From positions 28,396,001 to 28,460,000 of the forward strand of contig NC_043020.1 of assembly GCF_006345805.1 (NCBI RefSeq): a DNA stretch of 64,000 nucleotides. The letters run 5' to 3'. Shown piece after piece: positions 37,872 to 51,739 of the stretch. This DNA comes from Octopus sinensis. Its lineage: Eukaryota. A program made the position numbers and the translations under genes. Numbering within the stretch: position 1 is the stretch's first letter; each line of letters begins with the position of its first letter. Below the pieces are notes generated by a model. The model was not told the origin of the DNA and ran no database searches. It worked only from the letters and a program-made list of their open reading frames with translations.

Positions 37872-37914
<43 letters not shown>

Positions 37915-38247
37915 CATACCCATATATAAATATATACTCTAGTGGTCATACCAAAATAGAATTTCTTAAATACTCAACTGGTTCGTTTGAAGTAAATGAC
38001 AGCTTACGTTACCTAGGCAACATAATTAGCAGAGGAAATGGTTATTCAGGAAGTAAAGCAGCCAGGGTAAGATTGGATTGGAAAAAGTTTGGAGAGTTGG
38101 TGTCTGTGTGGGCAGCAAAGGTTCTCCCCCTCAGAGTGAAGGACGGATTGTATGACATTTGTGTGAGAACTGTGATGCAGTTTGATAGTGAAACAAGGGC
38201 CTTGGATGCAAAATAAGTTGTGAATGTTAGAAAGAAATGTGTAATGT

Positions 38248-38479
38248 AAGGTGGCGAGCTGGCAGAAACGTTAGCACGCTAGGTGAAATGCTTAGCAGTA
38301 TTTCGTCTGCCACTACGTTCTGAGTTCAAATTCCGCTGAGGTCGACTTTGCCTTTTATCCTTTCGGGGTCAATAAATTAAGTACCGGTTACGCACTGGAG
38401 TCGATATAATCGATTTAATCTGTTTGTCTGTCCTTGTTTGTCCCCTCTATGTTTAGCCCCTTGTGGGCAATAAAGATAT
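38248..38479 (+). mobile_element. Family-1 SINE inserted in an RTE fragment, 16-bp TSD
   Basis: aagaaatgtgtaatgt at 38232-47 and 38480-95. Confidence 0.9.
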
Positions 38480-38511
38480 AAGAAATGTGTAATGTTAATG
38501 TGCATAAATTA

Positions 38512-38900
38512 GGTGCAGGAGTGGCTGTGTGGTAAGTAGCTTGCTTACCAACCACATGGTCCCGGGTTCAGTCCCTCTGCGTGGCATCTTGGGCAAGTGT
38601 CTTCTACTATAGCCTCGGGCCGACCAATGCCTTGTGAGTGGATTTGGTAGACGGAAACTGAAAGAATCCTGTCGTATATATGTGTATATATATATATGTG
38701 TCTTTGTGTGTCTGTCCTCCTAGCATTGCTTGACAACTGATGCTGGTGTGTTTATGTCCCCGTCACTTAGCGGTTCGGCAAAAGAGACCGATAGAATAAG
38801 TACTGGGATTACAAAGAATAAGCCCCGAAGTCGATTTGCTCGACTAAAGGCGGTGCTCCAGCATGGCCGCAGTCAAATGACTGAAACAAGTAAAAGTAAA
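38512..38900 (+). mobile_element. Family-2 tRNA-derived SINE, full length
   Basis: A/B-box head, atcttgggcaagtgtctt core, internal (TA/TG)n, gtaaaagtaaagtaag tail. Confidence 0.85.
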
Positions 38901-39064
38901 GTAAGTAAAATGCCAGGGTAAAGATGAGCCGAGAGAAAAACTGGGAATAAGAGGAATCGGGTATCGCATGCAAGAGAGACGGTTGCGCTGGTTTGGGCCT
39001 GTAATGAGAATGGAGAATGAAGTCTGGAAAAATCCAAATTAACAGAACTTGTGGAGGACGGCTT

Positions 39065-39390
39065 GGCTCTCTGTCGGTTATGACGACGAGGGTTCCAGTT
39101 GATTCCATCAACGGAACAGCTTGCTTGTGAAATTAACGTGCAAGTGGTTGAGTACTCCACAGACACTTGTACCCTTAACGTGGTTCTCAGGGAGATTCAG
39201 TGTGACCCAGAATGGGACAGGGCTGGCCCCCTTTGTATTACTGGTACGACTCATTTTTGCCAGGTGAGTGAACTGGAGCAACAAGAAATAAAGTGTTTTG
39301 CTTAAGGACGCAACATGCCACCAGGAATTGAACTCATGACCTTACGATTGTGAGCCGAATACCCTAACCACCAAGCCATGTAACTTCACT
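39065..39390 (-). mobile_element. tRNA-derived CORE-type SINE
   Basis: Head tggcttggtggttagggtattcggctcacaatcgtaaggtcatgagttcaattcc. Its 3' part also occurs at 33270-33420. Confidence 0.65.
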
Positions 39391-41136
39391 GGTGGACGAA
39401 GGAAACCAAGGAAGACTTGTGATAAAGTGAAGGTTGATCTGAAGATGCTGGATTTCATGGAGGTGGCAAAGAACCATACTAACTAGAGATGTGCACTCCC
39501 GCAGCATCTTGGCTCCCTTCAGTGAAATGTAGCCTGACATGAGGGGAACGCTTTACAGGCTGAGGGACTTTGTATCCTACCAAGCATATGTTGTACATCT
39601 CGCTGCCTCACATCATCCTAAACCCTTTCATCCACTTCCCCACCTTGTTGCTCACTTCCCACCACCTTCATACTTCTACTGAACCTATGTAGTGGAGACC
39701 CTCACCGCTTCATTAGACACATAAATAAAAAAGAGACTCCATTGTTCCACCTCATCCCTCTCACTTCCTTACCCATCACTGAACCTTTATACCAGAGACT
39801 GCAGCTATCCACCCTCATCCCTTCACTACGCTGAAGTATAAGGGACTACACTGGTCAGTCTGTATCCCTTCACTGGCCCAATGTATAAGAGAGTACAACA
39901 GTCCATCCTCATGCCTCTATAATTCCGTCTCTCTATTGCATCTCTGCATCTCCTCACCTTCTTCACCCTCCTTTACTACCAGCTATCACATTTTGACCAC
40001 CCCTGGGGCCACTTCTGTTTTCACCCTTTCTAACTGATTCTGCTCTAAATAACATTTTGCCACTGACGACTGTACTGATTTGGTCATGTGAGGCAGATGG
40101 ATGCCGATAGTGCCATAAAGAAGTGCCGATCTCTCAAGGCAAATGGAACACATGGAAGGAGATTGAGGAAGGCATAGGATGAAGTACTTAGGGACGAACT
40201 CAGAACACTGAACCTTTCAGGCGAGAAGACAAAGCACCGAGATGTCTGGTGCCTTGCTGTACTCAAGAAGACCCTGTCTTCCACAGCAGAAGTGTTAAGG
40301 CTGGTCACCCTGGGAGAGGGAATTGGCCTGCAAGAGTCATGTGTCAGTACCCAGAACAATCTGTAAAGTGGTTGGCGTTAGGAAGGGCATCCAGCCGTAG
40401 AAACCATGCCAAATCAGTCTAGAACATGGTGTAGCTCTCCAGCTTGCCAGCTCTGGTCAAACCGTCCAACCCATGCCAGCATGGACAACGGACGTTAAAT
40501 GATGATGATGGTGATGATCATCTTCATCATACCACTTTTCCTCATTCAGGTCCTTTTCATGTCATAGCTCCCTACCCTAAATCCCTTCCTGGGCCACATG
40601 AGCAACCATACATGCCTAAGGTTATTGAGTTAGCACTGACTTGCTTTCTTCACTCGCTTCTGACATCCTTGTCGGCATTGCTTCCACCCACGCCTTATTT
40701 CCCCTCCATGGTCTACATACCTAAGCTCTGAATACTCTCTACATTATCCTGTGACCCAGACAACCCCTGCCTTGTATTGGTGTCACGACACAAAACCGAG
40801 AACTCACACACCCTCAAAGAGAGACACTCTCCAGTGCCGGGTACAACAAAATGCACCCAGTACCCTTTGTAAAGCGGTTTGTAGAACAGAAGATAACATG
40901 GACTTCTGAGGCCGCTTTAATCAACCTTTGTAGTGCTGGTAACTTGAGAAAATGCACCCAGTACACTCTGTAAATTGGCGGGCGATAGGAAGGGCATCCA
41001 ACCATAGCAATCAAGACAAAATCAAATGACACATAACGACCATCAGTCCATGGTGGTCGCAGTTCCCAACAAGACATGGTTCGACAGTGACAACCCACAC
41101 CAGCATGGAAAGCAGACAAAAATAATGACGCTATGA

Positions 41137-41189
<53 letters not shown>

Positions 41190-41399
41190 AATATACATAT
41201 GTATAGGTGTACATTTAAACGCATACACATATTACGTGTAATATACAAATACACACACACACACACCCTGATATCAATCGCTACCGAGAAATAAATCAAG
41301 AATTTATCTAGTAATTTAATATACTCCTATTCGTCTTCTAATACATGCCACTGGCCACTATGGCGTGTGTTATATGTATGCACGTATATACAAACATAC

Positions 41400-41501
41400 A
41401 TACATACACACATACACGCACTGGCTAAGGCGAGACTGAAAAACGGGAGCATGCTAATAATTTAATGTCAATTATGTACGTCAAATTACATCTAGACACA
41501 T

Positions 41502-41544
<43 letters not shown>

Positions 41545-42167
41545 TACATTATACATACACCTACAATATATATATATATATATTATCCTTTAAGTTCGTT
41601 AATGGGAACGTTTTTGAATACGCATATAGAAACCCCTATTTTAAAATGCCGGCTTACAGCCCAGCATTAAAATATTTATAAATTCTGTCCAAAGATTATT
41701 ATTGTTATCATTATTATTATTATTATTACCATGTACATATATATACACAATATATTTATATAAATATACATACATTATATATATACATACATATATATAT
41801 ACACATACATACAATATATATATATATACATACATACAATATATATATATATACATACATACAATATATATATATATACATACAATATATATATACATAC
41901 ATACAATATATATAACATACATACAATATATATATATATACATACAATATATATATACATACATACAATATATATATACATACATACAATATATATATAT
42001 ATATACATACATACAATATATATATATACATACATACAATATATATATATACATACATACAATATATATATAACATACAATATATATATATACTACAATA
42101 TATATTACATAATACAATATATATAACATACATTACCCATACATTATATAAATATATATATATAACA

Positions 42168-42237
<70 letters not shown>

Positions 42238-42632
42238 ATATATAAATGCATATATACACGCATACACACACAGACATATATTCTTCAATACATTTCAGCC
42301 TCATGTCTGTGGCCGCCAATACATTTCCATCGCTTCCGACTCCCGATGGCCGTTTCAAAACGTGGAATCAACGTTATTTTCCCGATTTCCTGTTATTTAT
42401 TATGTAATATTATTAAGACAAATAGATCAAAGTATCTTATTGTTCATACATTTATAAACCGTCAGTGGAACTACGCCAGTCGAAAAGAAGACTATCTGAT
42501 TCACTCGTAGATAAACGACGGAACATCACATTATGGTTAATATATATACACATACATAGAAATGTTTGTGTATATATATATATATATATAGAATACGAGG
42601 GGTTTAGTTCAGTTGTCCTTTTTTTCCTTATA

Positions 42633-42665
<33 letters not shown>

Positions 42666-43012
42666 TACATACATATAGATATATCTACACATATATATAT
42701 ATGTAGATATATATATATAAACGCACACGTATGTATATATATATATATATACACACACATATAAATATATACATACATATATCTACATACATATATATAT
42801 ATATATATATCATATATATATATACATATATATATCTACATATATATATATACATATATACATATATCTACATATATATATACATATATCTACATATATA
42901 TATATACATATATCTACATATATATATATACATTATATATATATATATATATACATATCTACATATATATATATATTATATATACATATATATAATATAT
43001 ATATATATACAT

Positions 43013-43086
<74 letters not shown>

Positions 43087-43163
43087 CATATCTACATATA
43101 TATATAGATATATCTACATATATATAGATATATCTACATATATATAGATATATCTACATATAT

Positions 43164-43206
<43 letters not shown>

Positions 43207-43245
43207 ACACATATATATATGTATATATATAAACGCGCGCGCACA
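41400..43245. repeat. (TA)n microsatellite field with derived ~20-bp minisatellites (tacatacaatatatata, tatatctacatata)
   Basis: Direct inspection. Confidence 0.95.
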
Positions 43246-43927
43246 CACATATTAGATATGACGCAAATGAACATTGTAAATGTTTACCCACAAATAATTA
43301 TTTCCTTTTTAATTAAAAATTTAAATAACTACTTATTTCAAATTAATTATGAAGAAATCGTCAAAAAGGTCGATCGTTCAAATCGCGAGATTGAACGAAT
43401 TCCAAATATTACGCAAATAAAAATGTGGAGCCTTTTCTGATAGACTTAAATATGTATCGATATTTTCCAAGTAGAAGGGGAAAAAAAATCAAATATAATT
43501 CTATTCACATCTGTGATCGGATTCGATCCAAGCATTTGGTCCTAACGAGAAGGGGTTTATTTTGTCGGTTACAGAATTATCTAGATTTGAATCTGGTAGT
43601 AAAACTTATTCGCGCTGTCCATTGAGGTTTCACCAAGCAGACTCTGTGGTCAAAGGCGTCCCAGCTGTGACCATTCCGTCAATGTTTTCAAGCCAGTGCA
43701 CCCAGGAGGACCATGTGATCTGTCTTGTGTTCTTGAACGTTTCAAGACAGTGGAGCGTGAAATTTAAGGAAATTCAGCTAAATTTTGCATTAGATCGAAC
43801 GACCGTCTTCGATAAATTTATTCAGAAGAATTTAATTGGCAAATGGTGAAGCAGTATTTCAAACCAAACGTTTCCATTTTCTTTTTATTAGTATTTATTG
43901 AAGACGGCGGGCAATGAAATGGATGAA

Positions 43928-44223
43928 AGGTACTACTCGAGAACAGTGGTCCCGGTGCGCGCACTCGCGCTAGCTAGTCATGACTAGTCGATCCTTACTT
44001 TGTGTTTTTGTTATTTACTTTGTTTAAAATTTTTTAATTTCTGTTTTTGTGTTTTATTTACTTTGTTTAACAAAAATTATTTACTTTGTTTAAAAAATTT
44101 ATTTATTTTGTGTTTTATTTACTTCGCTGGGCAGTCGTAAGGATCGACTAGTCACGACTAGCTAGCGCGGATAAGCGACTAGGCGAGTGCGCGCACCGGG
44201 ACCACTGTTCTCTAGTAGAACCT
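43928..44223. mobile_element. MITE with long GC-rich terminal inverted repeats
   Basis: aggtactactcgagaacagtggtcccggtgcgcgcactcgc / gcgagtgcgcgcaccgggaccactgttctctagtagaacct. Flanks ggatgaa and ggatgga are a possible TSD. Confidence 0.8.
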
Positions 44224-44326
44224 GGATGGAAATTTCGCTACTACGAACGAACCATGAATTTATTTAGTGAGACAAGGCCGAATAACGAAGGTGATGGACG
44301 AAAAAAAAATGTCTGAAAACAAGAGA

Positions 44327-44366
44327 ATGGCGGCGGTGACGTCACAGGAAATAGGTGTAACCGGAA
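44327..44366. promoter_or_regulatory. Candidate cis-regulatory cluster (YY1-like ATGGCGGCG, CRE TGACGTCA, ETS CCGGAA) in a CpG-retaining patch of intron 1
   Basis: Three motifs within 40 bp, with another CCGGAAG at 44567. Motif match only. Confidence 0.35.
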
Positions 44367-45216
44367 ATGGAAAGAAACTAATTGAGTTTTGGGTTGGCAA
44401 GTTGACGGTCTTTCATAAATAATTGGTTAAAATCGAGAAATAGAGAAGAACGGTCGATGGCAAAACATGTCGTCGTCACACGGCAACAAATTTGGGGGAC
44501 AACTAGAGATAGTCGACATAAAACCAGCTCTGGTACCACATTGATTATTATTTTAATATATCGGCACCGGAAGAAAAGAAGAGGTAAAGCTGGAGACGTA
44601 GAAGAGGAGCGTGGCTTTTAGGGAGAGACGAGGTACCTCAAGGTACCCCGCTCAAGCCCGCCACTTCAGATTGTCACCCATGAAACATGTATAGCTATAT
44701 CTGTGTGTATATATACATTTATATGTATAGCTATATATATGTGTGTGTGTATATATATACATTTGGCGCATTTATATGTATAGCTATATCTATGTGTGTA
44801 TATATATATACATTTATATGTATAGTTCTATGTGTGTGGATATATACATTTATATGTGTACGTGGGAAGAGATCGTTTTGAATAATATATTTCGGTTCAT
44901 AATAAAACTATTTATAAGATGCTGCTAAAGCCGAAAGAATGCCGATTAAATTTGATGTTTTTTGATATTGTGTTTGGCTTAGTAATTTGTGATTTAAAAG
45001 AGTTATTTATTTTGATTCGAAATACATTTTAGAGAGGTGCATAGTGACAAATTTTGGCAAAATTTTACGATGTTAAAAGGGTTGTGGTGTGAATAGAACA
45101 AAAATTGGCACGAGTGAAAAGAGCAGTCACAAAGTGGGTGATCGAAATATGTGAATAAAATAATTATCAACAGATCCCCCATTTTACAACCGCGCGGTGT
45201 ACATTTATTTACTTAC

Positions 45217-45442
45217 CGGCTGTGCAAGAGAGCAAGGGAAGGAATATATATTCGGAAGGGCAGCCTATGGCATTAGCATGATTGGTGACTAGCCTCCGTA
45301 TGTTGTAGCTACCGACCAAGGCCAGATCCAATAAAGGCACCATCTGGGCAGTCTTGTAACAATCTTGCCAGTTGAACTGGCGTGTGCCCGAGTCTTGCGA
45401 CGGTGCCATGGTGCTCGTACCGCCTGGCCTGCCTTCGTCCAT
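45217..45442 (-). CDS. Exon 1 of the DUF3987-like gene
   Basis: MDEG..IRRLVTNHANAIGCPSEYIFLPLLSCTA ends at donor G|GTAAGT (45216). Phase 1 joins in frame to exon 2 (G+CT = Ala). The start codon choice (MDEG versus MAPS) is uncertain. Confidence 0.8.
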
Positions 45443-48400
45443 CTCTCACTTTTGCGCCAATCCTATTTTCCGAGCTACCGCGCACCTCCCCACTGCATAG
45501 ATCCGATTTAAGAAACGGCTTGAAAATATTTACATTCCTTAGAGATCGCAATTTAATAATAGTTATCCAATTTACTATTATTTCTAATAATACTGCTTAA
45601 TTATTATTTTTATATATGTATCAATAAAGGTGATAATTGTTCTTAATTAAGTGTAATGAGGGGCACTTTACATGGGAAACGAAATTGAAACATTTCAACG
45701 TCTTTAAACGAAAACCAAAATTATATGGTTAGATAAAATAAATATTGTAGATTGTCTTACATGAGAGAAAAGCTTTTACCATGTTAAATTACTACATAGC
45801 TATTTAAATATTGAAGATTAATAAATATATGTTAAACGATAAAATATATAAAATTCACGTAAGTACATAGATATAAATAAATTAACCCATTAGATTAATA
45901 AATTTGATAAATTTAATATGAAAAATGGCTTAATTTACTTTTAGACGGAAAATATTCAAAGAACAAAGTATTAAAAAAAGGATCTGGGTGCTTGTGTGCT
46001 TTAGCATATGCAGGAAAATATATAATATATATGTGTGTGTATATATATGTACATTTGTGTCAATGGGATTCAATTATGTTGACGAAAATGTGTAGTAATT
46101 AGCAAAGCTAGTTTACATAATTAAACACAAAAACACAATCTGGTAATAATAAATAAGTGTAAATGTGTGAGTATGGATTTAATTAATTCCGATCTCTCTT
46201 TTTTCCTTTCTTCTTTGTTTCTCTTTTTTCACCCCCTGTTAAAAATGTTTCGCTGCTAATACAGTAGTTATATAAATTTTTCTCCCCCACATTGTGACGG
46301 CGCCTTTAGACGAGCAAGAGAGAGGAAAAGCTCGAGCAACGAGGAGAAGCAACGGCCAGGCAGGTAGCTAGGTAGGTAAAAGCAAGGCAAGCAGACAGTT
46401 GGCAGCAATGTCCTTCCACCAAGGCTGGTTGGTTGGCAACTAACTTGAAAGTAGAATGACAGTAGCAGCCTGCCTAGGTAGTGGTAGTAGCTAACTTGGC
46501 ACACTTTTTGTCCTTCTTTGCTTTTTTTCTTTTCCTTCCTTCTTCCATACAGTTGCTGCTGCCTAGTCAACTCACGATTCAGCCAAATATAGCAGCCTTA
46601 ATAACACTTTAATACACTCTTTCTATTCTTCCTAATAATGGCTTCTTTGCTCTTTTCTCCTCAGATCTTCCGATATTTTCTAGTTTCTAATTCCTTCGTC
46701 GGTTTTTTTTTTAATTCAATTATTTTATTCATTTTTTTCAATATAATAAAATTTGGTCTTTTTTTTTAAATAACATATCTTCCTGATCGAAATCTTTACT
46801 GCCGTAGTTTATCTCATTTTATTTTTAGTTTTAACTTTTTCATATATTTTAATTATTTCCTTCTCCCCGCTAAAATATACATGTCTATATAAGCGTACAC
46901 GCACACCCAAAGGTGTTTTCCCCCCATTTTTTTTTTTTTTTTGTGTGTCTCTTTGTCTTTCAAGAACTTCACTGGTCACCTCCACCGGCAGCAACCAATT
47001 CTATAAGAACAAAATATGCTATGTACAATAAAGACAAAATAACCAACGTTTTTGGTCATTTCCCCTTATTTTGTCCAGAAACTACATATTTCTTCTCTTC
47101 ACCAATATACCCCCCCCCCTGATCAACTTTAACTTAACTTTATATTATCGCCAAGAGTAGCTGATAAATAACCAACTGGCTTAAAATAGATAACGCGCAA
47201 AATTTATAGTGTGAGTAGCGGAATTAAAAGCAACTGCGCGAAAGCCATGCGATTTTACGGTCTCAAGTGGTGCTTTCGATCAAATATTACCCGTATATTT
47301 CCTACTCCATGTCCTCAAGAGTACGTTTATAAAATTACAAACCGAATTATAAACTTCTTCCCGATGTCCAACGTTTCTGTGTCTTCGAGTTATTCTACAT
47401 TTATATCAGTCTATTGTAACTTGTAACTGGGGTATTTAGATCCAAGTCAGAGGCTTTGAGGATCTTTTTTGATTTTGATTTTCTAGTCACTTTATTCTAC
47501 ATAACCTAGTTTCACATTTACTTGCTCGTTTTGGAAATGTTATCTGCTTCGATTGTCTTAGTTTAAACACACATATCAATCATAAGACAATTACAAAGAA
47601 TCTCATAGTGTTGTACATCAGTTCTTATCTCCAACTTGATAATCTTCGCTCTCCATGACAGCCAAGTGGTTCGTGATTATTTGATCTGAGAAGAAATGCT
47701 TTGTCCTCAAAACTTTTCAACATCACCCACCAACCAACCAACTTCCTTTATTATAATCACCAGACACGGGGAAGGCAGCCTGTTCTCCCTTACCAGAGGC
47801 AGATGATAAGGCATTTAGCTGATAGCCAGGTCCCTCTACATACGATACCAACTATTTGATATAAACCCACAAAGCAGCAATACACAGACATTGAACAATT
47901 GCCTCGCAAGTAGCTTCATTGCCCTGTCTTTGTCTCAAACAGATTTGATTGCTAGCAACTCCAACACATTCGTACCCATACGCTTTATCCTAAGCAAACA
48001 GTGCCACCCTGTGCCTCTACCAACACAGGAACTTCCTTGCTTTTTTACTTAGCTCATGAATCATCATCATCATCATCATCATTTAGCGTCCGATTTCCAT
48101 GCTAGCATGGGTTGGACGGTTCAACTGGGGTCTGTGAAGCCAGAAGGCTGCGCCAGGCCCAGTCTGATCTGGCAGTGTTTCTACGGCTGGATGCCCTTCC
48201 TAACGCCAACCACTCTGTGAGTGTAGTGGGTACTTTTTATGTGCCACCCGCAGAGGTGCCAGACGGAGCTGGCAAACGGCCACGGACGGATGGTGCTTTT
48301 TTACGTGCCACCGACTGGTTTAAACCTTTAGCATCCAGCTTACTCTTCTCAAGACTAATGCTTAATGCTTAATTAATCCAAAACAATGTGAATAAATGTT

Positions 48401-49574
48401 GATGTTGTTTTGAATTAATCATGCGTTATTTTGTGGCTTTGAGATTTCAATAATGTGAATTGATTATTTTTAGAATGACATTGTAGGGTGGGTGTGAGGG
48501 AACAGATCTGGCCAGCTTGAACATGAAACAGATAGATTATTTGAGCTGGACATAGCCAGCTTACATGCTAAAGGTTTACGGTAGTATTGGCCACCAATAC
48601 TTGACAACCGGTGTTGGTGTGTTTACATCCCCATAACCTAGCAGTTCGGCAAAAGAGAGTAATAGAATAAGTATCAGGCTTCAAAGAAAGAAAACAAGTA
48701 CTGAGGTTGATTTGTTTGACTAAAATATTCCTGTTCTGCTTGAGAACAGGAATATTCTCAAGCTGAATAAGAATCCTGGTCATGGCCAGTGCTGGTGGCA
48801 TATAAAAGGCACCTGGTACACTGTGTGAAGTGGTTGGTGTTAGGAAGGGCGTCCAACCATAGAAACCAAGCCGAAACAGACAGGAGCCTGGTTCAGCTCT
48901 CTGGCTTACCATGGCCAATCAACCTGTCCAACCCATGCCAACATGAAAAGCAGATGTTAAATGAGAATGATGACAAGACCAGCACTGCCTCAAATGGTTT
49001 GGTTGGTTTCTCCCAGTAAGCCTTATTTTTTCAGCAACTATCAAATAAGAAAACCCCAAAATTAAACATTAAGGACCCAAACATGAAAATAAATCACTTG
49101 CATAAAAGTAAATCTCTTAAGTGCCGGTGGCATGTAAAAGCACCCACTACACACTCGGAGTGGTTGGCGTTAGGAAGGGCATCCAGCTGTAGAAACATTG
49201 CCAGATAAGACCGGAGCCTGGTGCAGCCGTCTGGTTCGCCAGACCTCAGTCAAAATCGCCAACCCATGCTAGCATGGAAAGCGGACGTTATACGATGATG
49301 ATGAAATTACAGTTTTGTGATCACCATTTTCAGAATTGGATCTTTGCTTTTATCTTTTGCTCCTTACAGTCATGAGACTAAGGCCATGCTGGGGCACCAC
49401 CCTGAAGAGTTTTAGTCAAACAAATCAACCTCAGGACTTGTTTTCTTCCTTTGAAGCCTGATACCTATTCTATTGCTCTCTTTTACCGAACTGCCTGGTT
49501 ATGGGGATGTAAATATACCAACACCGGCTGTCAAGTGGTGGTGGGAGACAAACATAAACCCAAAGACACTCACA

Positions 49575-50700
49575 CAGTGGTTAGTGAGAGTGGTACAAGC
49601 CATGAACAGGGATGCTGCCAGTAAGATGAAGGTTGGCAACAGGAATAGCAATGAATTCAGGATACAGGTAAGAGTTCACCAAGGCTCAGTTCTCAGCCCC
49701 CTCTTGTTCATCTTAGTCCTCCAGGCCTTAACAGAGGAATTCAAGACCAGCTGTCCCTCAGAGCTCCTCTGTGCTGATAACCTGATTCTTATAGCTGAAT
49801 CACTCTCTGACCAAGAGAAGAAATTTCAGGTGTGGAAACAAGGTCTGGAATCTTAGGGCCTTAGAGTTAATTTAGCAAAAACCAAAGTCCTAGTAAGTGG
49901 GAAAACAGACAAATCACAAGTCCCTTCAGGGAGATGGCCCTGCTCAATATGTAAGAAGGGTGTTGGTAGAAACTCCATATATTGTAACCAGTGCAAGCTT
50001 TGGACACATAAGAGGTGTAGTGGTATCACAGGAAGGTTAACAGAGAATATAGTGTTTGTGTGTGGCAAATGTGCAGGTAGAATAAGCACTAAAAATACAC
50101 AGGCAATAGACTTCTTCAAATGCCCAAGTGAATCATAAGAAGTAGTAGATAGCTTCTGTTACCTAGGAGACCAAGTTAGCAGTGGGGGAGGAAGTTCTGA
50201 AAGTGTAGTTGCTAGGATAAGAACAGGATGGGTGAAGTTCAGAGAGCGTAACAAAGGGCCTCTCCCTCAGAGTGAAAGGCAGATTGTATGACGCCTGTGT
50301 ACATACAGCTATGTTATATGACAGTGATATATGGGCCTTGATTACAGAGAACTTGGAAAAGCTTGAAAGAAATGAATCTAGCATGCTCTGCTGCATGGGT
50401 GATGTCAGTGTGCACACATGACAGAGTGTAAGTGATTTAAGAGGAAAACTGGGTGTGAGAGGCATCTGATGTTTTGTGCAAGAGAGAAGAGAGAAGACTG
50501 CACTGGTTTGGTCATGTGATGGATATGGATGAGGACAGCTCTGTAAAGAAGTGCTGAGGGTACCTGTGGAAGGGGTAAACCGGGGAATGAAGGGGTAAGG
50601 AAGGATCTTCAGATGCTGGGACCTTAGTGAGGAAATGACAAGGGACCGGGAGGTGTGGGGATTTGCTGTACTTGGTAAGATGCATCAAACTAAGTGAACA
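49575..50700 (+). mobile_element. RTE-clade LINE fragment (RT motifs B/C, Cys-rich insert, C-terminus)
   Basis: VRVHQGSVLSPLLFILV..LLCADNL, then WPCSICKKGVGRNSIYCNQCKLWTHKRC, then decayed 3' motifs. Confidence 0.85.
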
Positions 50701-51739
50701 AGCTGTCTTCCACACACACAAGATTGTCCTTTCAGGGACCAGTGCCACTTAAAATGCACTTGTGTTGCTGTTGCATTAATGCACATGTGCCAGTGCTGTG
50801 CCAACTCACACATCTCAGTGGCATGTGAAAAGCACCCAGCATACTGTGTTAAGTGGTTGGCATTAGGAAGGGCGTCCAGCTGTAGAAACCATGCCACAAC
50901 AGACAGTTGGGGTCTGGACAGCTCCCTCCGAGCCAACTACATTTCAAACCGTCCAACCCATACCAGCATGGAAAGCAGACAATAAAAGATGAAGATGATG
51001 GGTTTCTTTCAATTTCATCCACAAAATTCACTTACAAGACTTTAGTTGGCCCAAGGTGTGACACAGTGGGACTGAACCCAGACCCATATGGTTGGGAAGC
51101 AAACTTCTTACCACACAGCCACGCAACCACTTGAAAGCAAAGCTGATGAGAATGTCCAATAATATACCATTTTTGATGGCATAAAAGATGCTGAGGAATA
51201 TTAAACATGCCCCAATATTCAGGAAAAACGTTATTAGTGCCTTAAAGAATTCAATATTGGCCTAACTATGCATATAGGAGGAGCAGGGGGAATATTTTTG
51301 AGACATATTTTGGCCAAAAAATTTGTGTCTTATATGTCATGAAATATGGTTCTATAACATCCAATAACACAAAATAACATAGGTGCATGTGTAGATGTTT
51401 GGCTAAGATGTGGTCTTGAGTTCGGTCCCACTAGGCAGCACATTGTGAAAGTGTCTTCCACTGTAAACTAGGGTCAAAGAAAGTCTTGTAAGTGAATTTC
51501 GTAGACAGAAACTGAAAGAAGCTTGTTTTGCGAATACATACATACATAATATATATATTTCTTTATTGCCCACAAGGGGCTAAACATAGAGGAGGACAAA
51601 CAAGGACAGACAAAGGGATTAAGTCGATTACATCGACCCCAGTGCTAAACTGGTACTTTTATTTATCGACCCTGAAAGGATGAAAGGCAAAGTCGACCGC
51701 GGCGGAATTTGAACTCAGAACGTAACGACAGATGACATG

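Noticed and set aside
41641-43147. Several 100-200 aa ORFs rich in Y/I/C/V
   Set aside because: Translations of (TA)n/(TG)n microsatellites, which lack stops in some frames.
46268-47060. Purine/pyrimidine-skewed, GC-richer block with CCAAT, possibly 5' UTR or promoter of the DUF3987-like gene
   Set aside because: Plausible, but no splice sites or TSS could be fixed from sequence, and the 100-aa ORF has no motif.
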